From NCBI GenBank assembly GCA_965279515.1, contig CBDIID010000003.1:3488001-3552000 (forward strand): DNA of 64,000 nt, written 5' to 3'. A program made the translations under genes and the position numbers. The notes below the pieces were generated by a model. It worked only from the letters and a program-made list of their open reading frames with translations. It was not told where the DNA came from and did not search any database. The stretch comes from Turneriella sp. Its GTDB lineage: Bacteria > Spirochaetota > Leptospiria > Turneriellales > Turneriellaceae. Every line of letters starts with the position of its first letter. Position 1 is the first letter of the stretch. Of this stretch, positions 47,160-57,252 are shown piece after piece.

Positions 47160-47338
47160 TCTTTCTGAAGAATAATATTGCCGGAAAGTTTTCTTACCGC
47201 TTTTTTGCACGGGAATAACCATGTGTAACAAACGTTTATGAAACTGTTTTTCAAAAAAAGTTTTTTGGCGTGTTGAGTGAACTATAGTGCATTAAGTAGC
47301 GTTCCCGAACTGAATCATTTAAAAATGAGGAGCTGCTA

Positions 47339-48868
47339 ATGAATGCACTGATCAAAGCTTATCCTATCGTTTTTGTTCTCGGCATGTTTTTTGCCGCCAG
47401 TCATCTCTCTGCCGAAGTCTGCACTGTACGTCTCGGCGAAGACGGCGGCACACGCACCTTCACCTACGACCTTACAGGCAGTGCCGGCCAGTATGTCTAC
47501 TGGACCAACCAACCGGGGCAGAGTTTCATCCGCAGCACTTCGGGGCCATGCAACTTTTTTATCTACAATGGCTCGAACCTTGACGGCAAGTGGGTGGCGA
47601 TTGGTACAGATCTCGGCGAACGCATTCGCCCCGGTCTCGATGGCATCGAGAATAAGTCGAATGGCGGCGGCGATACCTGGAAGGCGCGCTCGGTGCTGAT
47701 TCAAAAAGCCGATACCACCTGCCGCCTGCGCATCGGCGGTAACGGTGTGCGCATGACATATTATCCTTCGAGCGATCTCGAATTTGTTCCGCGTTCAAAC
47801 CGCGTCGAGTCCCTGATGGTCGACGGTACCACCGAATGTGAGGCCCGCGTGCACAATTCTGTGCAGTTCGGCATCGACGACTATGACAACCGTTATAAGA
47901 CCATGCAGGCCGCGAATGGGATTACCCGCAATTACGATCCCGGTTTTTTTGTGCGGTCGGTCTCTCTCTTCCGTAAGTATAGCAGCGGCTGCGCCGAGCG
48001 CGATTCTTATTCGAACCGCTGCGTACCGCAGACGACTACATTCCAGAGTCTCTATACCAATAATGCGAATCTCGATAAGGATGGTGATGGCTTGCATGAC
48101 TTTTACGAGAATGTGATCGCGCAGACGTTCAGGCCGGTATACAACAATCACTCGACCGAAGATTCCAGCATCGGCACTCTTTATTACGAAGCCGGCACCG
48201 GCGCCGCGGTTTCTGAACCCGCGACGATTTTCCAGGTGAGGCCTTCGGGCACAGCGAATGAGATCGCGGTGCAGTACAATTCGCTCTGGTACAATGACTC
48301 TGGTTGTGCTCTCGGCGGCGCGCACCAGGGCGATTTCGGTATGAATACAATCTTCCTGCGCACCAGCGACGGCGGCCGCCACTGGTACGCCGTGCGTACG
48401 TCGATGCACGACGATGAGAGCGCATGGACCAAGGACGCGGGTCAGTTGCGCGCCACGACGTTTGCCTATTGGGGCGAGGGGACATCCAACCACGCAACGT
48501 TCTTCTTTATGAAAGGCAAACACCACAACTACTCAGACACCGGCTGGTCGGGCCAGCAAGATATCAAGACATCGGGCCTGGGGCTAGGCTGCACCTGTTA
48601 TAATAACGGGCGGGGTTACCTGGTGGGATTACCCACGCGCGCGGCATCGCTTTACCTTCCGGCGGCGGGTGGCCTGCTTGTGCCGGTGGCCCCCAACCCC
48701 GGTGCGGGAGTAACCCCGATCGACGGCAAACCGATGTCGAATGCCGGTTCTGTGGGTGTCTGGTTTTTTAATGATCTTTCGATTTTCACTGGAACCTATG
48801 CCGGGCAGCGAATTTACGACGATCCGAATTTTTTCTCCTCCGATTCTGCAGGCCGTGGTTTTCAGTAG
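47339..48868 (+). CDS. Secreted protein: crystallin-like N-terminal modules, Ca-binding loop, putative catalytic C-terminal domain
   Basis: GAGGAG SD; signal; duplicated C.vRlG.dG.R.T modules; DKDGDGLHD; AHQGD. Confidence 0.75.
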   Translation: MNALIKAYPIVFVLGMFFAASHLSAEVCTVRLGEDGGTRTFTYDLTGSAGQYVYWTNQPGQSFIRSTSGPCNFFIYNGSNLDGKWVAIGTDLGERIRPGLDGIENKSNGGGDTWKARSVLIQKADTTCRLRIGGNGVRMTYYPSSDLEFVPRSNRVESLMVDGTTECEARVHNSVQFGIDDYDNRYKTMQAANGITRNYDPGFFVRSVSLFRKYSSGCAERDSYSNRCVPQTTTFQSLYTNNANLDKDGDGLHDFYENVIAQTFRPVYNNHSTEDSSIGTLYYEAGTGAAVSEPATIFQVRPSGTANEIAVQYNSLWYNDSGCALGGAHQGDFGMNTIFLRTSDGGRHWYAVRTSMHDDESAWTKDAGQLRATTFAYWGEGTSNHATFFFMKGKHHNYSDTGWSGQQDIKTSGLGLGCTCYNNGRGYLVGLPTRAASLYLPAAGGLLVPVAPNPGAGVTPIDGKPMSNAGSVGVWFFNDLSIFTGTYAGQRIYDDPNFFSSDSAGRGFQ

Positions 48869-49448
48869 ACTTAGTAAATTCCTTGTGGGCGGCGGCATTG
48901 CTGCCGCCCTGTTTTTAATTCTCGCACTGATTCCCGCACCCGAAAACGTTAAAAAAAACCCAGGTGCCGGTAAACAACCAGGCTCACTTCTCGATAGCCT
49001 GGTGGGTTCTGTCGGCGAACGTTTTAGCGGCGAAACGGCCATCGAGAAACTGCCGGGTTTCGAAAAAGAGCGTTATGCCGCACTGCCCGAAAAAGAAAAG
49101 GCAGCTTACCATAATTACCTGCTAAAGCTCGACGACGACATACGCTTCCTGAAAAATGAACTTAGAAGTGAAAAGCCGCAGATGGAAAACCTGCTGCAGC
49201 GTTATTTTCCCGAACAGATGAAGGCACTCGTGTCGCGCGACCCAGCCATCGATCCCGGCGCATCCAATTCTCCCGAAGCTCAGGCATTTCTGGAGCGGCA
49301 GGGTTCAGAACGTGCACAGGGTGGGGCGGCGATGAAGATAGATCTCATACAGGAAATGCTGATTCGTTATGGTCCGCGTTTGACGCGCGATGAAAAGGGA
49401 AAACTGGAAGCAGAAATCCAGTCGATGGCGAAATCGTTAGGTCATTAA
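48855..49448 (+). CDS. N-terminally anchored helical hypothetical protein
   Basis: Probable GTG start at 48855 overlapping the upstream gene end; TM then charged helices. Confidence 0.65.
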   Translation: MVFSRLSKFLVGGGIAAALFLILALIPAPENVKKNPGAGKQPGSLLDSLVGSVGERFSGETAIEKLPGFEKERYAALPEKEKAAYHNYLLKLDDDIRFLKNELRSEKPQMENLLQRYFPEQMKALVSRDPAIDPGASNSPEAQAFLERQGSERAQGGAAMKIDLIQEMLIRYGPRLTRDEKGKLEAEIQSMAKSLGH

Positions 49449-49528
49449 TTTTTTTGAAAAATAAAAAGCCACCTGGGTGGCTGAGCTGGCTCCGCGGCGC
49501 AAGCCGCGAAGCATACTAAGTCGTCGCT

Positions 49529-50434
49529 TTATTTTATTTCCATGATCCGGTTCACGTTTGCAACCGGAAGACTCACCTGGCCGTCTACGGTCTGGATTGT
49601 CATGGTATTGCCGGCCTGGTTGAAGTAGCCGGTATATGTCTTACCGTTTTTCGTTTCGATTTTCGCGATACGGCCGTATTTGGCTTTAATATCGTTCAAA
49701 GTCAGCTTCCTGTTTTGCGGCGTGGCGACTTCTGTCGCTGCAGCAGATGTCGAAACACCCGTTGCATATTTTTCGACCGATTCAGCGATGATAGCTTTAC
49801 CACCCGCAGGGGCGATTTCAACCGTATTCATTGCTTTGAGGCTGGTCTTCTCTGTCTCGGTAATTTCTACAGGCTGGGTGACGCCGCGGCGAGTTGCTTC
49901 GATCTTCTGGCCCGCTTCTACGACGGTGGCGTTTGCCAGTTCTTCGCGGGTCGCTTCAGGCTTTGCTACCTGGACTTTGCCTTCTAAAAGTCTGATCTGG
50001 GTCGCTTTGGTTTTATCGACCGTAAGTTCAAACGAGGTACCGCGCACACCCGCGACGGCGGTTGGCGTTTTGATGGAATATTCGGAGCGCCCTTTGGCGA
50101 TTTTGCTGAAAGATGTGCCCGAAGACTGTGACAGTTCGATCACCGGTTTGCCGTTTTCGCCTTTGGCGAGGTTGGCAATGGATAACTGAGAGTTTGCCTT
50201 CAGTGTGATGGTTGCAGCGTTGGCGAACTGGAGGACCGCCATTGAGTTAGCTTTGACCTCGATGACCGCGTCTTTGGCCACGGTATTGCCGAGAGCTGCA
50301 GGTGCGCCCCCTACCGATACGTCGCCTTTGACATAGGTAAATTTTGCCGAATCAAGACTTGGTTGTCCTTTGTTTTCACCGCAGTTGACTGCCACAAAGG
50401 CGATTGCTGCTGCTGAAAGAATGAGTTTGTGCAT
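49529..50434 (-). CDS. LipL45-like FecR-domain lipoprotein
   Basis: AGGAGG SD; AVNC lipobox; IKTPTAVAGVRGT; C-terminal LTL.DI..KYG..G.TYTG.F shared with 31432-32595. Confidence 0.85.
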   Translation of the reverse strand: MHKLILSAAAIAFVAVNCGENKGQPSLDSAKFTYVKGDVSVGGAPAALGNTVAKDAVIEVKANSMAVLQFANAATITLKANSQLSIANLAKGENGKPVIELSQSSGTSFSKIAKGRSEYSIKTPTAVAGVRGTSFELTVDKTKATQIRLLEGKVQVAKPEATREELANATVVEAGQKIEATRRGVTQPVEITETEKTSLKAMNTVEIAPAGGKAIIAESVEKYATGVSTSAAATEVATPQNRKLTLNDIKAKYGRIAKIETKNGKTYTGYFNQAGNTMTIQTVDGQVSLPVANVNRIMEIK

Positions 50435-50562
50435 TAAAATCCTCCTGAAGATTTGATGTCTTAACCTATCTTACGGCTACGGGCCAAACCGTCCGGAAAA
50501 ATATCGACCATGGAATTTCGGTATACAGACAGGGCCTCGCCGTTTGAAACGGGCGTTCACCG

Positions 50563-51339
50563 ATGCCGCCGCGCGACAAACTCTATCTCTGGGAAAGAAA
50601 GGCGCTGTTTCTCTCGGAAGAGATGGATGTCGGTTTTCATGCACACCACGGTACATCGGTTGCCATTTCAACCGGTGAGGATTTTAAGATCGCAACGGAA
50701 GATGAGGAGCATGACCTGAACGCGGTGATCGTCGGCCCCAGCGTCAGCCACCGTACGCTATCCAAAACACGGCTCGCGACCTTGATGATCGATCCCGACC
50801 CTGCGGGGCTGGGGCAGATCCGTTCGCTGCTCGGGGCGAAAGGGTTGATGCGGATTTCCCCTGATAAGGTTGCCGGCTTTCGTGCGGAGATCATTGCCCT
50901 CTTTGACGATGACCGTAATCTCAGCCGTATGACCCGCTTTACCGACGATATCTATGCCACGGTATTCGGTACCGCCGCTGCGCCGAAGCCGATGGACGCA
51001 CGCATTGCAGTGCTGGTTGCCGATCTTAAAAATAATCTGCCGAAAAGAATCGAGATCAAAGCCCTGGCGCAAAAAGCGCGGCTTTCCGCCGACAGGTTAA
51101 TCCGCCTGTTTAAAGAAGAAATGGGTCTGCCGCTCAGGCGCTATCTCTTATGGCTCAAAATTCTCGAAGCCGTGAAACGCCTCGAGACGCTGGGGCAACT
51201 CACCGACTCGGCGTATGCAGGTGGGTTTTCCGATTCGGCGCATCTCTCGCGGATATTTAAAGAGAATATCGGTTTTCCGCCGTCGTACTTTTTCGGTGAA
51301 AACCGCAAGGTCGACCTCTATTACTGCGAAAAGTGGTAA
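50563..51339 (+). CDS. AraC-family transcriptional regulator
   Basis: HAHH cupin; LS..RL..LFK.E.G.P.RRY.LW; GFSDSAHLSR. Confidence 0.92.
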   Translation: MPPRDKLYLWERKALFLSEEMDVGFHAHHGTSVAISTGEDFKIATEDEEHDLNAVIVGPSVSHRTLSKTRLATLMIDPDPAGLGQIRSLLGAKGLMRISPDKVAGFRAEIIALFDDDRNLSRMTRFTDDIYATVFGTAAAPKPMDARIAVLVADLKNNLPKRIEIKALAQKARLSADRLIRLFKEEMGLPLRRYLLWLKILEAVKRLETLGQLTDSAYAGGFSDSAHLSRIFKENIGFPPSYFFGENRKVDLYYCEKW

Positions 51340-51392
51340 TGCCATAATCGTTCAAGCCGGAAATCCCCCTTTACTATAAATTACCCGAGACT

Positions 51393-52256
51393 ATGTTCGC
51401 AACAATTTCAGCCAAACTTTCTAAAATCTCATCTTCCAGTGTTCGCATCGTAAGCGAAGAAGACAAAGCCGGATTTCGTGCGTCGCAGAGGCTGGCTTAT
51501 GATACGGTTTTGGCGGTCGAAAAACAGCTTCGGCCCGGCATCACTGAAAAGGCGGCGGCAAAATTACTCGCAGATTATCTCGCCGACCGCGGCGTTAAAA
51601 CCTACCTGCACCGGCCGTTTGCCTGGTTTGGCGAGCATTCTAAATTCAAAGGCTATAACTTCTATACCGATTTCAGGCCCTCTAACCGTACGCTGAAAGA
51701 AGACGATGTCTATATTCTCGACGTCTCGCCGATTCTGAACGGCTATATCGGCGACATCGGTTATACCGGTTCGCTTGCGCCCAATGCGGAACTCGATGCC
51801 ATGAAAGCATACCTGCTCGAAATCCGCAGGCGCCTGCCGGCAGAGTTTGCATCGGATAAACCCGCGTCGCAGATCTGGAGCGAGCTCGACGCCGACATCA
51901 AAGCCCGCGGTTTTGAAAATGCGCACAGCAAATATCCGTTCGCGGTTTTGGGGCACAGGGTCTACAAAGTGCCACTGCCGAAAATGTGGTCGCCGCTGAT
52001 TCCCATCAGTTTTCTTAGTTGGTTCAGTTTTCAGGCGCAGTTTTCTTTTCTCGCGCATGGTATTCTGCCCGAGCTTCTGACGCCGCATCACCAGGGCAAA
52101 AAGATCGGCGCCTGGGCTATTGAGCCGCACCTGGGAGCGAAAGGGAATTTCGGCGCGAAGTTCGAAGAGATACTCATCGTCGAAGAAGACCGCGCCTACT
52201 GGCTCGACGATGATGTGCCGCATATGACGCAGGGTATCGACAGGAGCTCCACATGA
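51393..52256 (+). CDS. M24-family (pita-bread) metallopeptidase-like protein
   Basis: LDV.P...GY.GD, LGH, IEPH, KFEE. Confidence 0.8.
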   Translation: MFATISAKLSKISSSSVRIVSEEDKAGFRASQRLAYDTVLAVEKQLRPGITEKAAAKLLADYLADRGVKTYLHRPFAWFGEHSKFKGYNFYTDFRPSNRTLKEDDVYILDVSPILNGYIGDIGYTGSLAPNAELDAMKAYLLEIRRRLPAEFASDKPASQIWSELDADIKARGFENAHSKYPFAVLGHRVYKVPLPKMWSPLIPISFLSWFSFQAQFSFLAHGILPELLTPHHQGKKIGAWAIEPHLGAKGNFGAKFEEILIVEEDRAYWLDDDVPHMTQGIDRSST

Positions 52257-53518
52257 AAAAAATATTCTTAGCGATTTTCGTCGTTTTTGCGGGTTGGCTG
52301 GCATTCCTGCTTCTGTATAAAAATCCAAAAAACGCACACCTGGTGATTGCAGGTAAGTATGTCATGCAAGATGTGCCCGCCGCGATGAAGGCAGTCGATA
52401 AAAGGAACGCCCCCTTTCTCGACATTGACGCCGTGGCGGAAAATATTCCGGGGCAGGACGACGTTGTGTTTTTTCCCGAACAGGAAAAAGCATTCGTCAC
52501 CGCGATGGACGGTTATTTCTGGAAATTGGATTTAAAGACGAAACAAGCGGAACGTTTCGTCAAGACACCACTGATTCCACCCGGCGCGCGGCGCAACCCG
52601 GTGCTCAGGAATAAAATTCTATTCTGCGCCTCGCGCCTCCATGGCCGCACGTTTCCCGATTCGGAAAAAGTCGGCGTCTATGAACTCGACACCGATACGA
52701 AGGCGATTCAACCTGTGCTACAACGGGTTTTCACACCTCAGCCCGCTGCACTGAAAAATGAAAACCCTGGCATCGTCTATGGGCCGGGCAAAGGTCCTGA
52801 ACTTCAGCTTGCGGCAATGAACGCGGGGAACTCGATCGATATGCCGTTCTGCAACGATCTCGACGTCAGCGCCGACGGCGAACGCATCTATTTTACAGCG
52901 CCGTATTCGTATGCCGGCGCTTCGATGGCGGGTGGCACATTCGGCGAGGCGATCACGCTCGCCCGTAACGGTTATCTCTGGATGTTTGACCGCAGGCGCC
53001 AGGTGCTCAGCCTTGTGGCGCGCGACTTCAACTTCATCGACGGCATTCTCGTCGAAGGCCGCGCGGGGCAACGCGAAGAATCTGTCCTGATTACAGAAAC
53101 GACGAAGTTCAAAATCGACCGTCTTTATGTTTCGGGTCCGAAGGCCGGCACGCATGAAATACTCTGGGAGAATTTGCCCGGCATGCCCGACGGTATGGAC
53201 CGCGACAGCGAAGGGCGGATCTGGGTAGGGCTCATCAAAAAACGCAGCGGACTTATTTCGTGGGCGCACCGCAATCCCTGGATCAAGAATCTTTTCCTCA
53301 ACCTGCCGCGCTGGCTTTTGCCGGTGCCGAAGCAGACGGGCATTCTGTGCCTGAGCGCCGATGGTGCGCGGCCGCTCTATTACGCGATGCACGAGGGTAA
53401 GGTCATTCAGGATATTTCTGTTGCTGTGCCATACAGAGACAGGTTATACTTGCCTAACTTCTCGGAACATACCCACGGCCTTTTTTCACTGCCATTCCCA
53501 AAGGATTTGGGTAAATAA
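52253..53518 (+). CDS. Strictosidine synthase/SMP-30 beta-propeller protein
   Basis: FCNDLDV, IYFT, DGI, LPGMPDG. Confidence 0.85.
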   Translation: MKKIFLAIFVVFAGWLAFLLLYKNPKNAHLVIAGKYVMQDVPAAMKAVDKRNAPFLDIDAVAENIPGQDDVVFFPEQEKAFVTAMDGYFWKLDLKTKQAERFVKTPLIPPGARRNPVLRNKILFCASRLHGRTFPDSEKVGVYELDTDTKAIQPVLQRVFTPQPAALKNENPGIVYGPGKGPELQLAAMNAGNSIDMPFCNDLDVSADGERIYFTAPYSYAGASMAGGTFGEAITLARNGYLWMFDRRRQVLSLVARDFNFIDGILVEGRAGQREESVLITETTKFKIDRLYVSGPKAGTHEILWENLPGMPDGMDRDSEGRIWVGLIKKRSGLISWAHRNPWIKNLFLNLPRWLLPVPKQTGILCLSADGARPLYYAMHEGKVIQDISVAVPYRDRLYLPNFSEHTHGLFSLPFPKDLGK

Positions 53519-54793
53519 ATGAGCCGGCGTAAGATTATTGTGTTTTCGATTACAGCCGTCGCCGCGATGGCGATCGGCAGCTGCCTCGAATACCCCGAGG
53601 CATATTTTAAACAGCAGATCCAGGGTAGCGAGCAGTTCACCTACAACGACGCGATCCTAAAGATCAAAGATAAACGCGACCTGAAAGAGCACGGTCTAAA
53701 AACGTTGGTTGCGAATGTGCCCGCGCAGGATGAGATATTGCTGCAGGAAGATTTGGGGCGCGCCTTCGTTGCGGCGATGGACGGCTATATCTGGATCGTC
53801 GACCTGAAACTCAATAAGGCGGAACCGTTCGTCAAGGCACCGCTGCTGGCTGGTGGAATGGTTGCGCATCCGAAAAACACAGATTTGATTTATTTCTGTG
53901 TGGCGCGTGCCACGAAAGATGATGTCGTCGCCGAAAACGGCCCTGGCATCTATGAATTGAAGATTTCGGAGAAAACAATACGCAAGATCACGACCCGTGT
54001 GCCGAAAATTCCCGCGGAAAGCCGGCAAACAATGCAAAGTTCGATTGGCTATTTTTATCCCGCCGGCGCGCAACCCACATTGCATTTTTCAGAAATGACG
54101 GATGGGAACAGCCGACGCGTCGAAAAGGCTGACGATCTGGCGATCAGTGCCGACGGGCAGAGAATCTATTTTACAGAACCGTACGACCACGCCGGTGCTA
54201 TTCTGGGGGTCAGCGTTCAGTCGCGCAATGAAGCCCTGACGCTGGGGAAAAACGGGAATCTCTGGAAAATAGATCTCAAAGAAAACAGTGCGAGTCTTGT
54301 GGCGCATGGTTATGCGTATCTGGATGGCATCCTGCTCGAATACCCTGCGGGCAGCACGAAAGAAACTTCGATACTCGTGAACGAACTTTCGAAATGCCGG
54401 TTGGTGCGTCTGCACCTCAGCGGCGAAAAATCAGGCAAAGATGAGGTCGTCATCGACGGCTTACCGGGTTTTCCCGACGGCATGGACCGGGATGCTCAGG
54501 GCCGCATCTGGATTGCGCTGGTGCTCGAACGATCAAAGCTCATCACCTGGCTGCACAGCCATCCGTTCTGGAAGCGTTTGGCTCTGTATATTCCGCCCTG
54601 GTTGCAACCGGTTTCGAGAAAAACGGGCTTGCTCGTGCTTTCTGCGGATGGCAAGACGCCGCTGCACTATAGCATGCACGACGGCTCGGTTTTTTCCAAC
54701 CTGATTGTGGTGGTTCCGGGCAGGGAACGTATTTACCTCGCCGTATACGAAAAAGGTTATAGGGGGCTGAATACCATCACTTATCCGTTTTAG
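53519..54793 (+). CDS. Strictosidine synthase/SMP-30 beta-propeller paralog
   Basis: ADDLAIS, IYFT, LPGFPDG; colinear with the upstream paralog. Confidence 0.85.
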   Translation: MSRRKIIVFSITAVAAMAIGSCLEYPEAYFKQQIQGSEQFTYNDAILKIKDKRDLKEHGLKTLVANVPAQDEILLQEDLGRAFVAAMDGYIWIVDLKLNKAEPFVKAPLLAGGMVAHPKNTDLIYFCVARATKDDVVAENGPGIYELKISEKTIRKITTRVPKIPAESRQTMQSSIGYFYPAGAQPTLHFSEMTDGNSRRVEKADDLAISADGQRIYFTEPYDHAGAILGVSVQSRNEALTLGKNGNLWKIDLKENSASLVAHGYAYLDGILLEYPAGSTKETSILVNELSKCRLVRLHLSGEKSGKDEVVIDGLPGFPDGMDRDAQGRIWIALVLERSKLITWLHSHPFWKRLALYIPPWLQPVSRKTGLLVLSADGKTPLHYSMHDGSVFSNLIVVVPGRERIYLAVYEKGYRGLNTITYPF

Positions 54794-54833
54794 TTGCGTT
54801 TGACGCCTTGTCCATAACGCCCGCCCCGGAGGT

Positions 54834-55760
54834 ATGGCAAGCGCAGCGATCACTCTGCGCGGTACATATACCGCGCTCCTGACGCCCTTTACCGCCGACG
54901 GTGAAAGGGTCGATTGGGCTGCGTTGAAACAGCTCGTCGAGCGCCAGATCGAAGCTGGCGTCGAAGGCCTCGTGCCCTGCGGTACGACCGGCGAGTCGCC
55001 GACACTCTCGCATGCCGAGCACACCGAAGTCATCGTCAAAGTCATTGAATGGGCAAAGGCGAAAAATTCCAAAACGGTTGTTATTGCGGGTACGGGTTCG
55101 AACTCCACCGCTGAGGCAATTTCATTAACTAAAGAAGCCGCCGCGGCCGGTGCAGATGCTGTGCTCTCCGTAAACCCTTACTATAACAAACCCGTACAAG
55201 CCGGGCTGACACAACACTTTCAGAAAATCGCCGATGCCTCCAAGGTTCCCGTCGTGCTCTACAATATTCCCGGGCGTTCGGCGGTCGGCATGACTGTCGA
55301 CACGATCGCTACACTTTCCAAGCACGGCAATATCACCGCTATTAAAGAAGCAACAGGCGATCTGGGATTTATGGCGCAGGTGATTCAGGCAACCGAAGGC
55401 AGGATGGCCCTGTTGTCGGGTGACGACAATCTGATCGTGCCGGTACTTTCGATCGGTGGCGTGGGCGTCATCAGCGTAATTTCCAATGTCTACCCGAAAG
55501 AAACCGGTGACATCACACGCGATTATTTCGCCGGGAAGCCCGCCGACGCGCAGAAAAAATTTATGAAATTGTTACCGCTCTGCAAGGCGATGTTCGTGGA
55601 GACGAACCCGATTCCGGTAAAATTCGCCGCGGCGAAAAAAGGCATCTGCGAAAATTCGCTCCGCCTGCCCATGACCCCGCTTGGTGCTGCATTTGAAAGC
55701 ACGGTTTTAGACGCCATGCGCAAGTTCGAAGCACCTGTAGTGAGCGCAGCCGGATCATGA
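54834..55760 (+). CDS. dapA: 4-hydroxy-tetrahydrodipicolinate synthase
   Basis: GTTGESPTL, GTGSN, PYYNKP, LYNIPGR, IKEA, SGDD, TNPIPVK. Confidence 0.97.
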   Translation: MASAAITLRGTYTALLTPFTADGERVDWAALKQLVERQIEAGVEGLVPCGTTGESPTLSHAEHTEVIVKVIEWAKAKNSKTVVIAGTGSNSTAEAISLTKEAAAAGADAVLSVNPYYNKPVQAGLTQHFQKIADASKVPVVLYNIPGRSAVGMTVDTIATLSKHGNITAIKEATGDLGFMAQVIQATEGRMALLSGDDNLIVPVLSIGGVGVISVISNVYPKETGDITRDYFAGKPADAQKKFMKLLPLCKAMFVETNPIPVKFAAAKKGICENSLRLPMTPLGAAFESTVLDAMRKFEAPVVSAAGS

Positions 55761-56551
55761 TTGAATTCGGTATTGTAGGCTCTTTAGGGCGTATGGGCCG
55801 CGCGATCTCGGGTCGTGCATCATTCAGTGACCTGAAACTGGTCTCGCCCGTCGAACACGCGCAGCACAAAGATCTCGGCAAAAAATATTCCGATATTACG
55901 GGCATCCCTTTTGATGCGACAGTCGACACTCTCGCAAAGATCCATCCGCCAGCGGGGGGATGGATCGATTTTTCGCATGCGACAACCGTTATCAATACTT
56001 TACAGAAAGCGGCGGAGACAGGTGCCCCCGTTGTTGTCGGTACCACCGGGTTTACCCCGGAGCAGCGCGCCGAGCTTGAGGCGATGGCCGCGAAGGTTCC
56101 GCTCATCATTGCTTCGAATATGGCTGTCGGTGTGAACGTATTTTTCTCTCTTGTTGAGAGCGCGGCGCGTGCGCTGGCCGGTCACGGTTTTGATCCCGAG
56201 GTGCTCGAGATCCATCATAATCTGAAAAAGGATTCTCCCTCAGGGACGGCCGTGACCATCAAGGAGATTCTGCGCAAAGCCTACGATGTTCAGGAAGATG
56301 CCGTACTCTATGGCCGCGAAGGCATGATTGGCGAGCGCAAGAAAAAGGAAATCGGGGTGATGACGCTGCGCGGTGGCGACGTTGTCGGCGATCATACTGC
56401 CTATTTTCTCGGCATGGGCGAGCGCGTCGAGATCAAGCACCAGGCCGTATCGCGCGAAACCTTCGCCACAGGCGCGCTGGCGGCACTCAGGTTTCTACAG
56501 GGCAAAAAACCAGGACTCTATTCGATGAAAGATGTCCTGGGCTTGCAGTAA
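55757..56551 (+). CDS. dapB: 4-hydroxy-tetrahydrodipicolinate reductase
   Basis: G..GRMG, IDFS, GTTG, E.HH..K.D.PSGTA, RGGDVVGDH. Confidence 0.97.
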   Translation: MIEFGIVGSLGRMGRAISGRASFSDLKLVSPVEHAQHKDLGKKYSDITGIPFDATVDTLAKIHPPAGGWIDFSHATTVINTLQKAAETGAPVVVGTTGFTPEQRAELEAMAAKVPLIIASNMAVGVNVFFSLVESAARALAGHGFDPEVLEIHHNLKKDSPSGTAVTIKEILRKAYDVQEDAVLYGREGMIGERKKKEIGVMTLRGGDVVGDHTAYFLGMGERVEIKHQAVSRETFATGALAALRFLQGKKPGLYSMKDVLGLQ

Positions 56552-56570
56552 GACAGCCCATGTTACGAAG

Positions 56571-57155
56571 TTAGTGACAGTCGAACGGTGAGCCGTAATA
56601 ATCCACCTGGACGGCCATGCCCTTCTTCTTGTCAAAATAGACATCGAAATCTTCGGTAACCTTTTTCAGCGCTTCTTTGAGTTTTGCGGGACCCTGACCA
56701 TTGATGGTGACTTCTTTTACGATGCTCCCGCGTTTATTTCCGCAAACCGCCTTGTCGACATAGACTTGAATCTTTGCATCGATCGTGAAAGTTTGCGCAT
56801 TACACTTCAGTGTGTTCTTTTCAATTTGGCACGAAGCGGTCAACTGGTCGTAATCGTCCGTCACCGGGGTCATAAACCCGGAAAATACATAACTATCTGA
56901 CCCTAAGCCGCCGACGGCGACCCATTTCGCTGTCTTGCCTTGTATTTTTTCCTCAGAGCCGACATAAACCCCCTGTATTAAGGCACCCTTGGGGAGAGTC
57001 CGCTCTTTTGAGCCTTTAACACTCGGCTCAGAACGAACGATCATGGTCGATTGAGTTTTGAAGATCTCTTTTTTCCCTTCCGCCATGATACCTTCGCTGC
57101 GTTTAGCCAGGACAGCAATCGTGCATAGGGAGAAAATTACCAGTTTGCGAATCAT
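56571..57155 (-). CDS. Exported protein with bacterial SH3-like domain
   Basis: Signal; IVRSEPS...LPKG...W..V......YVFSGF. Confidence 0.65.
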   Translation of the reverse strand: MIRKLVIFSLCTIAVLAKRSEGIMAEGKKEIFKTQSTMIVRSEPSVKGSKERTLPKGALIQGVYVGSEEKIQGKTAKWVAVGGLGSDSYVFSGFMTPVTDDYDQLTASCQIEKNTLKCNAQTFTIDAKIQVYVDKAVCGNKRGSIVKEVTINGQGPAKLKEALKKVTEDFDVYFDKKKGMAVQVDYYGSPFDCH

Positions 57156-57252
57156 GCTTCCAAATATTGTGCACAAACCGTGTTGGCAAGCCGGAACCCA
57201 ATTCGAATATCTGATTTACAGCGCCTCGTGCAGAAACTGTTGAGCACGCTCC

